Assembly (NCBI GenBank): GCA_021740905.1
Contig: JAIOYV010000003.1
Location: 1,737-65,736 of the forward strand
DNA: 64,000 nt
Direction of reading: 5' to 3'
Source: Bacteroidales bacterium
Lineage (GTDB): Bacteria > Bacteroidota > Bacteroidia > Bacteroidales > M50B96
A program made the position numbers and the translations under genes. Positions 28,850 to 39,010 of the stretch are shown here, in pieces (position 1 is the first letter of the stretch; each line of letters starts with the position of its first letter). Under the pieces are notes generated by a model. That model worked only from the letters and a program-made list of their open reading frames with translations, was not told where the DNA came from and searched no databases.

Positions 28850-29665
28850 CTATGTTGACTTTGCCTCAATCCGTCGGGCAATTATAATCCCTACTTCGTA
28901 TAGCAATAGCAACGGGAGGCATACCAATATCTGGCTGAAAACATCGGGGGGTGTAATAATGGCCGACAGGGCTAGGATCACTACTACCGAATGTTTCCTG
29001 TACTTTCTTAAAAACGCAGCTGATACAAGCCCCGCCTTTGCAAGAAAATACACAAATATGGGCAGCTCGAAAATAATCCCGCTGGCAAGCACCACCGATG
29101 TTACTGTCGAGATATACGATTTTAAGTCGATGGTATTTTCAACTTGTGCGCTTACATTGTACGATCCCAGAAAATGAACCGAAAGAGGGACAATTAGAAA
29201 ATAGCCGAACAAAACCCCCAGCATGAAAAGCAGGGATGTGTAAAAAATAGCCCCTCTCGAACTTTGCTTTTCTTTGGTGTAAAGGGCTGGACTTACAAAT
29301 CGCCAGAATTCCCAAAAAATGTAGGGGAAGGCAACGATAATCCCCAACACCAGCGAAACCATAATATGGGTCGAAAACTGGCCCGCCATACTTATGTTGA
29401 TCACTTTGAACGGAACGGCATTTATGCACAACGATGAAACATTAAGCAGTTCGCCTAAAGCGCACAGTTGCTGATTGGTCCAAAATGCAGGTGTTTTTGG
29501 AGCCAGGATAATGACATCGAAAATAAATCGGTGAAACACGAAGGCCACAATGGCAAACACGACAATGGCCACAATCGACCTGACCAAATGCCAACGCAGC
29601 TCTTCGAGGTGGTCTAAAAATGTCATTTCTGTTTCCTGGTTCAAGTCTGATCTTCGCGTAGCCAT
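28850..29665 (-). CDS. tatC: Twin-arginine translocase subunit TatC
   Basis: 271 aa. MTFLDHLEELRWHL… followed by six predicted TM helices. No tatA is visible next to it. Confidence 0.9.
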   Translation of the reverse strand: MATRRSDLNQETEMTFLDHLEELRWHLVRSIVAIVVFAIVAFVFHRFIFDVIILAPKTPAFWTNQQLCALGELLNVSSLCINAVPFKVINISMAGQFSTHIMVSLVLGIIVAFPYIFWEFWRFVSPALYTKEKQSSRGAIFYTSLLFMLGVLFGYFLIVPLSVHFLGSYNVSAQVENTIDLKSYISTVTSVVLASGIIFELPIFVYFLAKAGLVSAAFLRKYRKHSVVVILALSAIITPPDVFSQILVCLPLLLLYEVGIIIARRIEAKST

Positions 29666-29787
29666 TCTTTTCTATTGTATTTTAAAAATCGTAAATCAAA
29701 AATCAGCTTGTCCTGCTTTTCTGCGGAATGAGTCGTCATTCTGAAATCAAAATTCTATTGTCCTTCGACTTTATGGATATAAACTGT

Positions 29788-30753
29788 TTAAACTATGCCT
29801 TCTCGCAATATATCATGTAGATGAACCATACCTTTATATACACCATCATCCAACACGGCAAGCTGGGTAATGTTGTTCTCTTCCATAATATGAAATGCTT
29901 TTATGGCAAGCTGATCGGGTTTGCAAGTCTTGGGGTTCACTGTCATAATATCACGAGCAGTCAATGTGTCGAAGTGCAGATTTTTTTCAAGCATCCGCCT
30001 GATATCGCCATCCGTAACAATTCCAAGCAAGCGCTGACCTTCATCTGCCACAGCAGTAGCCCCCAGTCTCTTGGCTGATATTTCGAGGATCACGTTCCGA
30101 ATGTTTTCATCGGGCGAAACCTGGGGTGCAGCATTGCTCTTGTACAAATCATCGATACGCATATACAGCTTTTTCCCAAGTGCTCCCCCCGGATGGATGC
30201 GGGCAAAATCCTGGGTCGAAAATCCCCGTAGGTTTAACAAGCAAACAGCCAGAGCATCGCCCATTACCAATTGGGCAGTGGTGCTGTTGGTCGGAGCAAG
30301 GTTGTTGGGACATGCCTCTTTATCGACCGTAGCCCGTAAAATGAAATCGGCCTCACGGGCCAAAAACGAATCGGTGTTCGAGACCATAGCAATGAGGATG
30401 TTTTTTCGGTATTTGATCAGGGGCACCAACACTTTTATTTCAGGTGTATTGCCACTTTTGCTGATGCAAATCACAATATCGTTTTCCTGTACCATGCCCA
30501 GATCGCCGTGAATAGCATCGGCAGCATGCATAAATAGGGCAGGAGTTCCGGTCGAATTTAGGGTGGCCACAATTTTATTGGCTATGTTGGCACTCTTGCC
30601 TATCCCGGTGATGACTACACGGCCCAAGCTCGAATAAATTTTTTTCACGGCACCCGCAAATCCCTCATCTACATACGATGCCAGTTTTGTTATGCTCTCG
30701 GCTTCGGTAAGTATGGTCGATTTTGCAATGCTAATTATTTCTGATGCTTCCAA
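29788..30753 (-). CDS. kdsD: Arabinose-5-phosphate isomerase (KpsF/GutQ/KdsD; SIS + tandem CBS)
   Basis: 321 aa. SIS motif VVITGIGKSANIANKIVATLNSTGTP… followed by two CBS repeats at the C-terminus. Confidence 0.9.
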   Translation of the reverse strand: MEASEIISIAKSTILTEAESITKLASYVDEGFAGAVKKIYSSLGRVVITGIGKSANIANKIVATLNSTGTPALFMHAADAIHGDLGMVQENDIVICISKSGNTPEIKVLVPLIKYRKNILIAMVSNTDSFLAREADFILRATVDKEACPNNLAPTNSTTAQLVMGDALAVCLLNLRGFSTQDFARIHPGGALGKKLYMRIDDLYKSNAAPQVSPDENIRNVILEISAKRLGATAVADEGQRLLGIVTDGDIRRMLEKNLHFDTLTARDIMTVNPKTCKPDQLAIKAFHIMEENNITQLAVLDDGVYKGMVHLHDILREGIV

Positions 30754-31157
30754 TACGATTATTTATAATTTGATAAATTTCAGTTTGTTAATAAACTGCT
30801 GGCAAAATTAATTGTTTTTGGCGAAAGAGCTATGGGACGATAGCTGCATTTCATAATAATGTGAAAAAGGAAGCCTTCAAATGAAGGTTTCAGGTACTGA
30901 AAGAGTGCAAACAATCAGGTGTAAACTGTAATATTGTCCTGTTTAGTCTCTTATGTGAATAATTAAACGGTCACATTATTAATAGGTTAAGTAAGATGTT
31001 CAATCTCTCATCTATTTTTTGGTAATTAGTGTTTTGTTTGTTATTTTTACTAACCTGTTTGATCAGCATGAAAAAAAAATAAGTGTAGAGACGATATTCA
31101 GAATATTTAAGTTTAACAAATTTCTGAATACAGAGGATTAATTAATTGAATCGATTG

Positions 31158-33365
31158 ATGACAGAAGTAATGAATGTAGAGACGGATTTTGAATATCCAA
31201 TTTTTGACTACTTGAAAAGATATTTTGGTTTCACAAATTTTAAAGGAAACCAGGAAAATGTGATAAAGAACATTTTAGCTGACAAAGACACATTTGTTTT
31301 AATGCCCACGGGCGGAGGTAAGTCATTGTGCTATCAATTGCCATCCATGATAAAGGAAGGTACGGCCATTGTGATCTCCCCCCTCATCGCCTTAATGAAA
31401 AACCAAGTGGATGCCATGCGCAGTTTTAGCTCGGAAGATGGAATTGCCCACTTTTTGAATTCATCCCTTACAAAATCGGCCATTCAAAAGGTAAAGGAAG
31501 ATGTAGTAAGTGGCAAAACAAAATTACTTTATGTAGCTCCTGAATCGCTTACCAAGGAAGACAATATTATCTTCCTAAAGCAAGTGCCCATTTCCTTTTA
31601 TGCGGTTGATGAAGCACACTGTATTTCGGAGTGGGGCCACGATTTTCGGCCAGAATACAGGCGAATCAGGCCTATTATCAACGAAATAGGACGGGCACCC
31701 ATTATTGCCCTCACCGCCACCGCCACCCCCAAAGTGCAACACGATATCCAGAAAAACCTGGGTATGTTGGATGCCAATGTGTTTAAGTCGTCGTTTAACC
31801 GGGCTAACCTTTACTACGAAGTAAGGCCAAAAATCGATACCTCGAAAGAGATCATTAAATATATAAAGAACGAAGGTGGAAAATCGGGCATTATTTATTG
31901 CCTTAGCAGGAAAAAAGTGGAAGAGCTGGCCGAAACCCTGCAAGTAAATGGCATAAAGGCCCTGGGCTATCATGCCGGGATGGATTCAGCCACACGATCG
32001 GGCAACCAGGATAAATTCCTGATGGAAGAAGCCGATGTGATTGTGGCCACCATTGCTTTCGGGATGGGTATCGACAAGCCCGATGTTCGCTTTGTGATCC
32101 ACTACGACATACCGAAAAGCCTGGAAGGGTATTACCAGGAAACCGGACGTTCGGGTCGCGATGGCGGTGAAGGCAAGTGCATCACTTTTTATAGTTATAA
32201 GGATATCCAGAAGCTCGAAAAATTCATGCAAGGAAAACCTGTGGCCGAACAGGAAATAGGTAAACAATTATTGCTCGAAACGGTGGCTTATGCGGAATCA
32301 TCGGTATGCCGTCGCAAATTGTTGTTGCATTATTTTGGTGAAGTGTATCAACAGGACAATTGTGGAAACTGCGACAATTGCCTTAACCCAAAAACCCAAT
32401 TCGAAGGGAAAGATTATATTGTTCAGGCATTGGAGGCAGTTTTGGCTGTAAAAGAAAAATTCAAGGCCGACCATATTTCAAATATCTTATCAGGAAATCT
32501 TACTTCAGCCGTAAAATCATACAGGCATCATAACCTGCCGGAGTTTGGTGGTGGCCGCGACAAGGATGTCCGTTTTTGGGGTGCTGTTTTCCGCCAGGCC
32601 ATGATTGCCCGCTTTGTCGAAAAGGACATCGAAAACTATGGACTATTGAAAATGACAGAAGGGGGTCATGCTTATCTGAACAACCCAAAATCGTTCATGC
32701 TGACCCAAGACCACGACTTTGAGGAAATGGAAGACAATGCAATTTCGGGAAGCGGAGGCACAGATGCCATGGACAGGACACTGTTTGCATTGCTAAAAGA
32801 TCAAAGGAAGAAAATTGCCAAACGGCTAAACTTGCCACCATTTGTCATTTTTCAGGATCCTTCGCTCGAAGATATGTCGATTCATTACCCGATTACCATG
32901 GATGAATTGACCCAGATTTCAGGTGTTGGCACCGGAAAAGCAGCTAGATATGGGAAAGAGTTTCTCGAACTCATCAAGATGCACGTTGAGGAAAACGATA
33001 TTGAACGGCCACAGGATATGGTTGTAAAATCGGTGGTCAATAAGTCGGGGCTTAAAGTGTACATCATCCAAAGCATCGACCGGCAAATGCCCCTCGATGA
33101 TATAGCCGATGCCAAGAATATCGATATGCTTGAATTGCTTACTGAGATTGAAGCTATTGTCAATTCCGGCACAAAACTACACCTGAACTATTATATCGAT
33201 CAGGTTATGGACGAAGATAAACAAGAGGAAATTTACGAATACTTTAAAGAGGAAGCCGAAACTGAATCAATACAGGATGCTCTTGCCGAGTTGGGCGAAG
33301 ATGATTATTCGGAAGAGGAAGTAAGGCTAATTCGGATCAAGTTTATTTCTGAAGTGGGAAACTAA
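31158..33365 (+). CDS. recQ: ATP-dependent DNA helicase RecQ
   Basis: The track ORF starts at TTG 31146; ATG 31158 is preferred. Motifs: FGFTNFKGNQ, PTGGGKS, DEAHCISEWGHDFRPEY, a Zn-binding CxxxxC…CGNCDNC, and a C-terminal HRDC. Confidence 0.9.
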   Translation: MTEVMNVETDFEYPIFDYLKRYFGFTNFKGNQENVIKNILADKDTFVLMPTGGGKSLCYQLPSMIKEGTAIVISPLIALMKNQVDAMRSFSSEDGIAHFLNSSLTKSAIQKVKEDVVSGKTKLLYVAPESLTKEDNIIFLKQVPISFYAVDEAHCISEWGHDFRPEYRRIRPIINEIGRAPIIALTATATPKVQHDIQKNLGMLDANVFKSSFNRANLYYEVRPKIDTSKEIIKYIKNEGGKSGIIYCLSRKKVEELAETLQVNGIKALGYHAGMDSATRSGNQDKFLMEEADVIVATIAFGMGIDKPDVRFVIHYDIPKSLEGYYQETGRSGRDGGEGKCITFYSYKDIQKLEKFMQGKPVAEQEIGKQLLLETVAYAESSVCRRKLLLHYFGEVYQQDNCGNCDNCLNPKTQFEGKDYIVQALEAVLAVKEKFKADHISNILSGNLTSAVKSYRHHNLPEFGGGRDKDVRFWGAVFRQAMIARFVEKDIENYGLLKMTEGGHAYLNNPKSFMLTQDHDFEEMEDNAISGSGGTDAMDRTLFALLKDQRKKIAKRLNLPPFVIFQDPSLEDMSIHYPITMDELTQISGVGTGKAARYGKEFLELIKMHVEENDIERPQDMVVKSVVNKSGLKVYIIQSIDRQMPLDDIADAKNIDMLELLTEIEAIVNSGTKLHLNYYIDQVMDEDKQEEIYEYFKEEAETESIQDALAELGEDDYSEEEVRLIRIKFISEVGN

Positions 33366-33417
33366 GTTGAATTAAAAATACAATCAAAATAACAGGCATC
33401 AAAAAAACAAAAGTTCC

Positions 33418-34956
33418 ATGCTTGTAAAAACTTATGGAAGTGCTGTTCACGGCATCAATGCAACTATCATTACCATTGAGGTAAATACTTCACGAGGCAT
33501 CAATTTTCATATTGTAGGCTTGCCCGACAGTGCCGTAAAAGAATCGCAACAACGGGTTACAGCGGCATTGATGGTGAACAAATATGAAATGCCCCGTAAA
33601 AAGATTGTCATCAACATGGCACCTGCCGATATCCGAAAAGAAGGGTCGGCTTACGATCTCCCAATTGCAGTTGGCATTCTGGCTGCCGATGGACAAATCC
33701 ACAACGACAAACTCGACAAGTACCTCATTATGGGCGAACTTTCTCTCGATGGTGGCCTACAGCCTATCCGGGGCGTTCTCCCTATTGCAATTCAAGCCAG
33801 GGAGGAAGGATTCGAAGGATTTATCCTCCCAAAACAAAATGCGCGTGAAGCTGGTGTTGTAAATAAGATGACAGTTTATGGAGTCGAAAATTTAACAGAA
33901 GTGGTCGATTTTCTGAATGGCAAAATAGAAATTGAACCAACTATTGTCGATACCCGGAAAGAATTCTATTCCAATATCAACAAAACTGATGTCGACTTTT
34001 CGGATGTAAAGGGACAGGAAAATGTAAAGCGTGCCTTAGAAATTGCTGCGGCGGGAGGACACAATATTATTATGATCGGCCCGCCGGGTGCAGGAAAAAC
34101 TATGTTGGCCAAGAGGCTTTCGACCATAATTCCTCCATTTACTTTGCAGGAAGCTCTTGAAACCACTAAAATCCATTCGGTGGCCGGAAAAATTTCACGC
34201 GAAACATCACTTATGACCCAGAGGCCCTTCCGCTCGCCACACCACACAATATCTGATGTAGCATTGGTTGGTGGTGGACAATACCCACAACCGGGCGAGA
34301 TTTCCCTTGCCCACAATGGTGTCTTATTCTTGGATGAATTGCCCGAATTTAAACGAACCGTGCTCGAAGTCATGCGCCAACCCCTCGAAGACAGGGTTAT
34401 CACCATCTCGCGTGCAAAGTTCTCGGTGGAATATCCGGCCAGTTTTATGCTGGTGGCCTCGATGAATCCTTGTCCCTGTGGTTTTTACAACCATCCGGAA
34501 AAAGCTTGTGTGTGTCCCCCAGGCGGTGTACAGAAATACCTCAACAAAATATCCGGGCCTCTCTTAGACCGGATCGACATCCATATTGAAGTGGTTCCTG
34601 TCTCGTTCAAAAAATTGTCTGATACACAATCATCGGAATCAAGTGAAAAGGTTCGACAAAGAGTTGAGAAAAGCCGCTTGCGCCAGGCCGAAAGATTAAA
34701 AGACTTGCCCGAGGTATATTGCAATGCACAGATGTCTTCGCGACAGATTCGTCAGTATTGCAAAATTGGACTGGAAGGTCAGGCATTGCTAAAAACCGCC
34801 ATGGAAAAACTGGGCTTATCTGCCAGGGCTTACGACCGCATCCTCAAAGTTTCGCGCACCATTGCCGACCTCGAAGGATGCGAAGATATCCAATCAGACC
34901 ATCTGGCCGAAGCCATCCAGTATCGGAGTTTGGACAGGGAGAATTGGGCGGGGTGA
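33418..34956 (+). CDS. comM: YifB/ComM-family Mg-chelatase-like AAA+ ATPase
   Basis: 512 aa. Lon-like N-domain, Walker A GPPGAGKT, Walker [11 protein letters not shown], and C-terminal …[19 protein letters not shown]. Confidence 0.9.
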   Translation: MLVKTYGSAVHGINATIITIEVNTSRGINFHIVGLPDSAVKESQQRVTAALMVNKYEMPRKKIVINMAPADIRKEGSAYDLPIAVGILAADGQIHNDKLDKYLIMGELSLDGGLQPIRGVLPIAIQAREEGFEGFILPKQNAREAGVVNKMTVYGVENLTEVVDFLNGKIEIEPTIVDTRKEFYSNINKTDVDFSDVKGQENVKRALEIAAAGGHNIIMIGPPGAGKTMLAKRLSTIIPPFTLQEALETTKIHSVAGKISRETSLMTQRPFRSPHHTISDVALVGGGQYPQPGEISLAHNGVLFLDELPEFKRTVLEVMRQPLEDRVITISRAKFSVEYPASFMLVASMNPCPCGFYNHPEKACVCPPGGVQKYLNKISGPLLDRIDIHIEVVPVSFKKLSDTQSSESSEKVRQRVEKSRLRQAERLKDLPEVYCNAQMSSRQIRQYCKIGLEGQALLKTAMEKLGLSARAYDRILKVSRTIADLEGCEDIQSDHLAEAIQYRSLDRENWAG

Positions 34957-35112
34957 CACCAGAAGGGCTAGGATAATGCTGACTCATTTTAGGTATGTCT
35001 GGATAGATTTAGGGGACACCGATTGTAAATCGGCATCAGCAAGGGCCGCAGGGGAATGAAACAGAAAAATGTAAACAGTATATGTGCCATGGCATGTATT
35101 AACTTTAATAAT

Positions 35113-35595
35113 ATGAAATCATTCTTAATATACGTCATGACAATATCTTCCCTAACTTGCTTTGCACAAAGTTATGAAGTTAATGATGCATGGTTACCGG
35201 AGAAATATGTTCATGCAATGATTTCAACTGACTCTAGTAATTGTAAGTTTTTAATTCCAATTGAAGGTTTTGAAAATCCTTTTACGAATTGTAAAATATT
35301 AACATTTAGAGGAGAATTAAGTCCAATTAATACAACAAAAGTAGATGTCAATGGCAAAGAAAAGCATCAATTATTCAACCTTCAATACTACATTAATCTA
35401 AAATATAACTCGGAAGAATTAGTTAAAAGGCTATCTGAGTCTCTTGTCTACATTTCTATGGATAATGATAAATTGCTTTTAGAAATAATAAATTCACAAG
35501 AAAAGGAGGATGTGTATTTTATCAATAAAATCAACAACCATGAATTTAAAAGTATTGACTGTGCAAAAGATTATTTGCAAATTTTGAATCAATAA
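35113..35595 (+). CDS. Orphan small secreted protein (hypothetical), AT-rich
   Basis: ATG at 35113 gives MKSFLIYVMTISSLTCFAQ as a signal peptide. I recognise no motif. The composition is markedly more AT-rich than its neighbours. Confidence 0.4.
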   Translation: MKSFLIYVMTISSLTCFAQSYEVNDAWLPEKYVHAMISTDSSNCKFLIPIEGFENPFTNCKILTFRGELSPINTTKVDVNGKEKHQLFNLQYYINLKYNSEELVKRLSESLVYISMDNDKLLLEIINSQEKEDVYFINKINNHEFKSIDCAKDYLQILNQ

Positions 35596-35858
35596 AATCC
35601 TTGTATTATCTTATTTCTCCCCATAGCTAGCATCGATTTGAAGTCGGCACCATTAATCGGATAATTACCCAATATCTGTGATCGGATTAAACAGAATTAA
35701 AAATTTACATTTTTACATGTAAATAATATAGAAAATGGTGACAAGAGGAAATATAGCGCAGTGCAATCCATCACCAATGTAAAGAACTTAAGATATTTCA
35801 ATTCTGCAACACTTCGGTGCTCCATTTTTTTTACACTTCCCATGCCTAATAAAATCAT

Positions 35859-35866
35859 TACTTTTG
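35859..35866 (+). promoter_or_regulatory. TAnnTTTG -7 box upstream of DAHP synthase/chorismate mutase
   Basis: tacttttg lies 35 nt upstream of the ATG at 35901. Confidence 0.4.
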
Positions 35867-35900
35867 CCGAACAAAACAAATTAGAATTTGTACCCTATTC

Positions 35901-37025
35901 ATGGCAGGACTTGAAAATATAATTGCCTGGAACAACTGGTTTCCTTTTGATTCTGATAAACCACTTATCATTGCCGGCCCATGCAGTGCCGAAAGCGAGG
36001 AGCAGGTAATGCAAACTGCACGTGAGTTGGCAAAAATCTCTCAAATAAAAGTTTTTCGTTCGGGGATATGGAAACCACGCACCCGTCCAGGAAATTTCGA
36101 GGGCGTTGGGGAAAAAGGTCTAAAATGGCTTCAAAAAGTGAAAGCTGAAACAGGATTATTGACAGCTGTTGAAGTGGCTTATCCCGACCACATCAAAGCC
36201 TGTCTCGATTATGGCATCGACATTCTTTGGATTGGAGCCCGAACTACGGCCAATCCTTTCTCGGTGCAGGAATTGGCCACTGCTTTAAAAGGAGTTGACA
36301 TTCCGGTGCTTGTCAAAAACCCAGTGAATCCCGACCTTTCGCTTTGGATTGGAGCCATCGAGCGCATGTACAAGGCTGGGATCAGAAAATTGGCCGCAGT
36401 GCACCGGGGCTTTTTTCCTTTCGAAAACACATCACTTCGGAATATTCCCAAATGGGAACTTGTGATTGAATTAAAGCGCACTTTCCCAAACCTGAATATT
36501 TTTACTGACCCGAGCCACATTGCCGGAAACCGTGAATTTATCCAGGAAATATCACAAAAAGCATTGGATCTGAACATGAATGGTCTAATGATAGAGAGCC
36601 ACATTTCGCCCGACACAGCCAAGAGCGATGCCCAACAACAGATAACCCCGGCCCGGCTTGCCGAAATGTTGGATGACCTGACATTCAGACAAGCCAACGG
36701 ACTTAGTGTGAAGGTTCAGAGTGTGCTGGAACAATACCGCGAACAGATAGACTCCATCGACAATCAAATGTTGGAATTGCTGGCCCAGCGTATGGACATA
36801 GTCTCAAAAATAGGGGAATACAAATGTGAAAACAATATCACCATTCTCCAGTTGCGACGGTGGGAATCAATAATCCAGACCCGGAGCAGGCTGGGCGAAA
36901 GCTTGGGGCTTGATGAAGATTTTGTGATTAAATTGCTGCAACTGGTACACAAGGAATCTATCCAAAAGCAAAGCCAAATAATGGAAAGCCTTCACAAGTG
37001 CAAGGGATTCAATTTGAAAAAGTAG
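35901..37025 (+). CDS. Bifunctional 3-deoxy-7-phosphoheptulonate (DAHP) synthase (type I-beta) / chorismate mutase type II
   Basis: 374 aa. N-terminal KDO8PS-like DAHPS (IIAGPCSAESEEQ…FRSGIWKPRTRP…DPSH). The C-terminal ~90 aa form a CM_2 helix bundle (IDSIDNQMLELLAQRMDIVSKIGEYK…). Confidence 0.9.
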   Translation: MAGLENIIAWNNWFPFDSDKPLIIAGPCSAESEEQVMQTARELAKISQIKVFRSGIWKPRTRPGNFEGVGEKGLKWLQKVKAETGLLTAVEVAYPDHIKACLDYGIDILWIGARTTANPFSVQELATALKGVDIPVLVKNPVNPDLSLWIGAIERMYKAGIRKLAAVHRGFFPFENTSLRNIPKWELVIELKRTFPNLNIFTDPSHIAGNREFIQEISQKALDLNMNGLMIESHISPDTAKSDAQQQITPARLAEMLDDLTFRQANGLSVKVQSVLEQYREQIDSIDNQMLELLAQRMDIVSKIGEYKCENNITILQLRRWESIIQTRSRLGESLGLDEDFVIKLLQLVHKESIQKQSQIMESLHKCKGFNLKK

Positions 37026-37156
37026 ATTGGAGAAAATTATTGAGATAGTGCGCTTATATACCTTGACCCCAGATTGGGAGACTAATTTCAATAGTGAAAA
37101 AATGCAAAGTACTCAAACTCCCAATTTCTCAAATCCTTAATTTCTCAAAATTTCAC

Positions 37157-37411
37157 CTACTTCAGCTGAACCAGATCGAATTCGTAAAACTCCATCACCG
37201 GGTTCGAGAGGATTTTCTTGCAGGCTTCCTCTACTTTATCCGATGCTTCCTGCCTGTCGCCAGCTTCAAGTTCCATGGTAATGTGTTTACCGATACGCAC
37301 ATTATCGATGGTTTTGTATCCCATGTTGTGCATACTCATCCGTACGGCTTTTCCCTGTGGATCGAGCAAGGCTTTCAGGGGCATTACATTTATTTCAGCG
37401 GTAAATTTCAT
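37157..37411 (-). CDS. purS: Phosphoribosylformylglycinamidine synthase subunit PurS
   Basis: 84 aa. The pattern MKFTAEINVMPLKALLDPQGKAV…NPVMEFYEFDL is characteristic of PurS. Confidence 0.9.
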   Translation of the reverse strand: MKFTAEINVMPLKALLDPQGKAVRMSMHNMGYKTIDNVRIGKHITMELEAGDRQEASDKVEEACKKILSNPVMEFYEFDLVQLK

Positions 37412-37422
37412 ACTATCACATT

Positions 37423-38172
37423 TTAGTTTTGTCGAGCTTCAAAAGTACGAATTATCCAATTACTTAAACTCGAAATCAACACATATATAAAAATGATTAT
37501 TGGAATTGCCATTGCTTGCAGGACTATCAACAATATCAGCGAAAGTCCAAGAAAAAGAAAACGGACTTTATTATCGCCCCATTTAAAGCTGCTGAATTTG
37601 AGCGAAAATATGGGGATGGGCGATACCAGCAAATAGGATTGGAGAAGGATCAGGCCAATGAGGAAATAAATATTCATCAGCAAATTATTCAAAAATGAAT
37701 AATCGTACAACCATAGCAAGAGTGGGAGGGAGGCAATCAAAATGGCATTGGCCGGTGTGGGCAATCCAATAAAACTGGTGGTTTGCCGTGTGTCGATGTT
37801 GAATAAGGCCAGGCGTAAAGCAGAAAAAATGGCAACCAGAAAAGGCAGGCTTAAAAGAATTATATTAATAAAAGACATGGCAGGGTAAAAACCATCGAGC
37901 TGCAAGGCATCGTTCATTAAACTGAAAAGGATGAACGCTGGGGCAGCACCAAAACTCACCATGTCGGCCAGGCTGTCTAATTGTTTTCCAATTTCGGAAT
38001 AGGCTTTTAACAGGCGGGCCGCAAAACCATCGAAAAAATCGAGGATGGCCGCAATGCCAATAAACATCGAGGCCAGGTGCAACTGTCCCTGAAAAACCAT
38101 GACAATGGCCAGGCATCCAGAAAACAGGTTCAGGGAAGTGATGGTGTTGGGTATGTGAGATTTGATATTCAT
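37423..38172 (-). CDS. pssA: CDP-diacylglycerol--serine O-phosphatidyltransferase
   Basis: 249 aa. CDP-alcohol phosphatidyltransferase motif DFFDGFAAR…GKQLDSLADMVSFG, with multiple TM helices. Confidence 0.85.
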   Translation of the reverse strand: MNIKSHIPNTITSLNLFSGCLAIVMVFQGQLHLASMFIGIAAILDFFDGFAARLLKAYSEIGKQLDSLADMVSFGAAPAFILFSLMNDALQLDGFYPAMSFINIILLSLPFLVAIFSALRLALFNIDTRQTTSFIGLPTPANAILIASLPLLLWLYDYSFLNNLLMNIYFLIGLILLQSYLLVSPIPIFSLKFSSFKWGDNKVRFLFLGLSLILLIVLQAMAIPIIIFIYVLISSLSNWIIRTFEARQN

Positions 38173-38192
38173 ACTTAAATCGGATATTGCAA

Positions 38193-38633
38193 TTATGAGA
38201 TTGGTCTAAAATGGATTAATCGACTGGTTTTAGCTTTCGGATGACTTTCTAATTGACTGACCCCCGAAGCAAATTCAAAGGCAATATCCTTATGGGCAAA
38301 GGTGCCACCGTATCTCCCCGATTTTGAAATAATACCGATAGAATTTGTCGATTCTATCCATTGTTTCGGGGTAAGGGTAAAGCTGTTTGACCCAGCTTCA
38401 TTTTTAAACCCATCGAATTCGATGGGTTTAAAATTTGGGTTGTGCAGTTGTTCCCATAGTCCAAGAAATTCAATTGTGCTCCTTGTCCTCATCCAATTCT
38501 GAATAATATAATCACTTCTTTCAGAATCGCGGAACTTAGCCATATCGGTCAGCGAAATAAATTCTTCCTCATTCTGTTTGTAAAGAACAATCTCAATATC
38601 ATTGACTTGGAGTTTCGTTTTTCGCATAATCAT
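38193..38633 (-). CDS. KilA-N domain protein, apparently C-terminally truncated
   Basis: 146 aa. LTDMAKF…IQNWMRTRSTIEFLGLWEQLHNPNF…GGTFAHKDIAFEFAS matches the Bacteroidota KilA-N family. Sequence after FEFAS diverges and stops, whereas family members I recall are much longer. Confidence 0.65.
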   Translation of the reverse strand: MIMRKTKLQVNDIEIVLYKQNEEEFISLTDMAKFRDSERSDYIIQNWMRTRSTIEFLGLWEQLHNPNFKPIEFDGFKNEAGSNSFTLTPKQWIESTNSIGIISKSGRYGGTFAHKDIAFEFASGVSQLESHPKAKTSRLIHFRPIS

Positions 38634-38649
38634 ATTAATTCAAAGAAAC

Positions 38650-39006
38650 TTAATAGTCCGCAATCAATGATTCATAAGGTATTTTTAATTTGTCATGAAG
38701 GTTTCGAATCATTCTAAGGCTAAGTTTTCTCTTTCGACTGAATATCTCAGAAACCCTACTTTTATAGCCAATTATTTGAGATAAATCTCCCTGTTTCATA
38801 TCCATTTGTTCCATCCTAAACTTAATAGCTTCAATGGGGTCAGGTGCTTCAATTGGATAGCATTCATCTTCATACTTTTCAATTAGTATTGAAATAACTT
38901 CAGCTTCATCTCCCTCTTTGGAATTAACCGGGGCATGAAAAATTTCTTCAAGCCGTTTTAATGCTTGATTATAATCTTCTTCAGTTTTTATTGCTTTAAT
39001 ATCCAT
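38650..39006 (-). CDS. higA: HigA-type antitoxin (XRE helix-turn-helix at the C-terminus)
   Basis: 118 aa. HTH segment QGDLSQIIGYKSRVSEIFSRKRKLSLRMIRNL. It lies 4 nt downstream of the HigB-like toxin gene. Confidence 0.75.
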   Translation of the reverse strand: MDIKAIKTEEDYNQALKRLEEIFHAPVNSKEGDEAEVISILIEKYEDECYPIEAPDPIEAIKFRMEQMDMKQGDLSQIIGYKSRVSEIFSRKRKLSLRMIRNLHDKLKIPYESLIADY

Positions 39007-39010
39007 AGCT

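Noticed and set aside
36209-36697. 162-aa minus-strand ORF
   Set aside because: It is antisense inside the DAHP synthase/chorismate mutase gene.
37094-37426. 110-aa plus-strand ORF
   Set aside because: It is antisense to purS, which is clearly recognisable.
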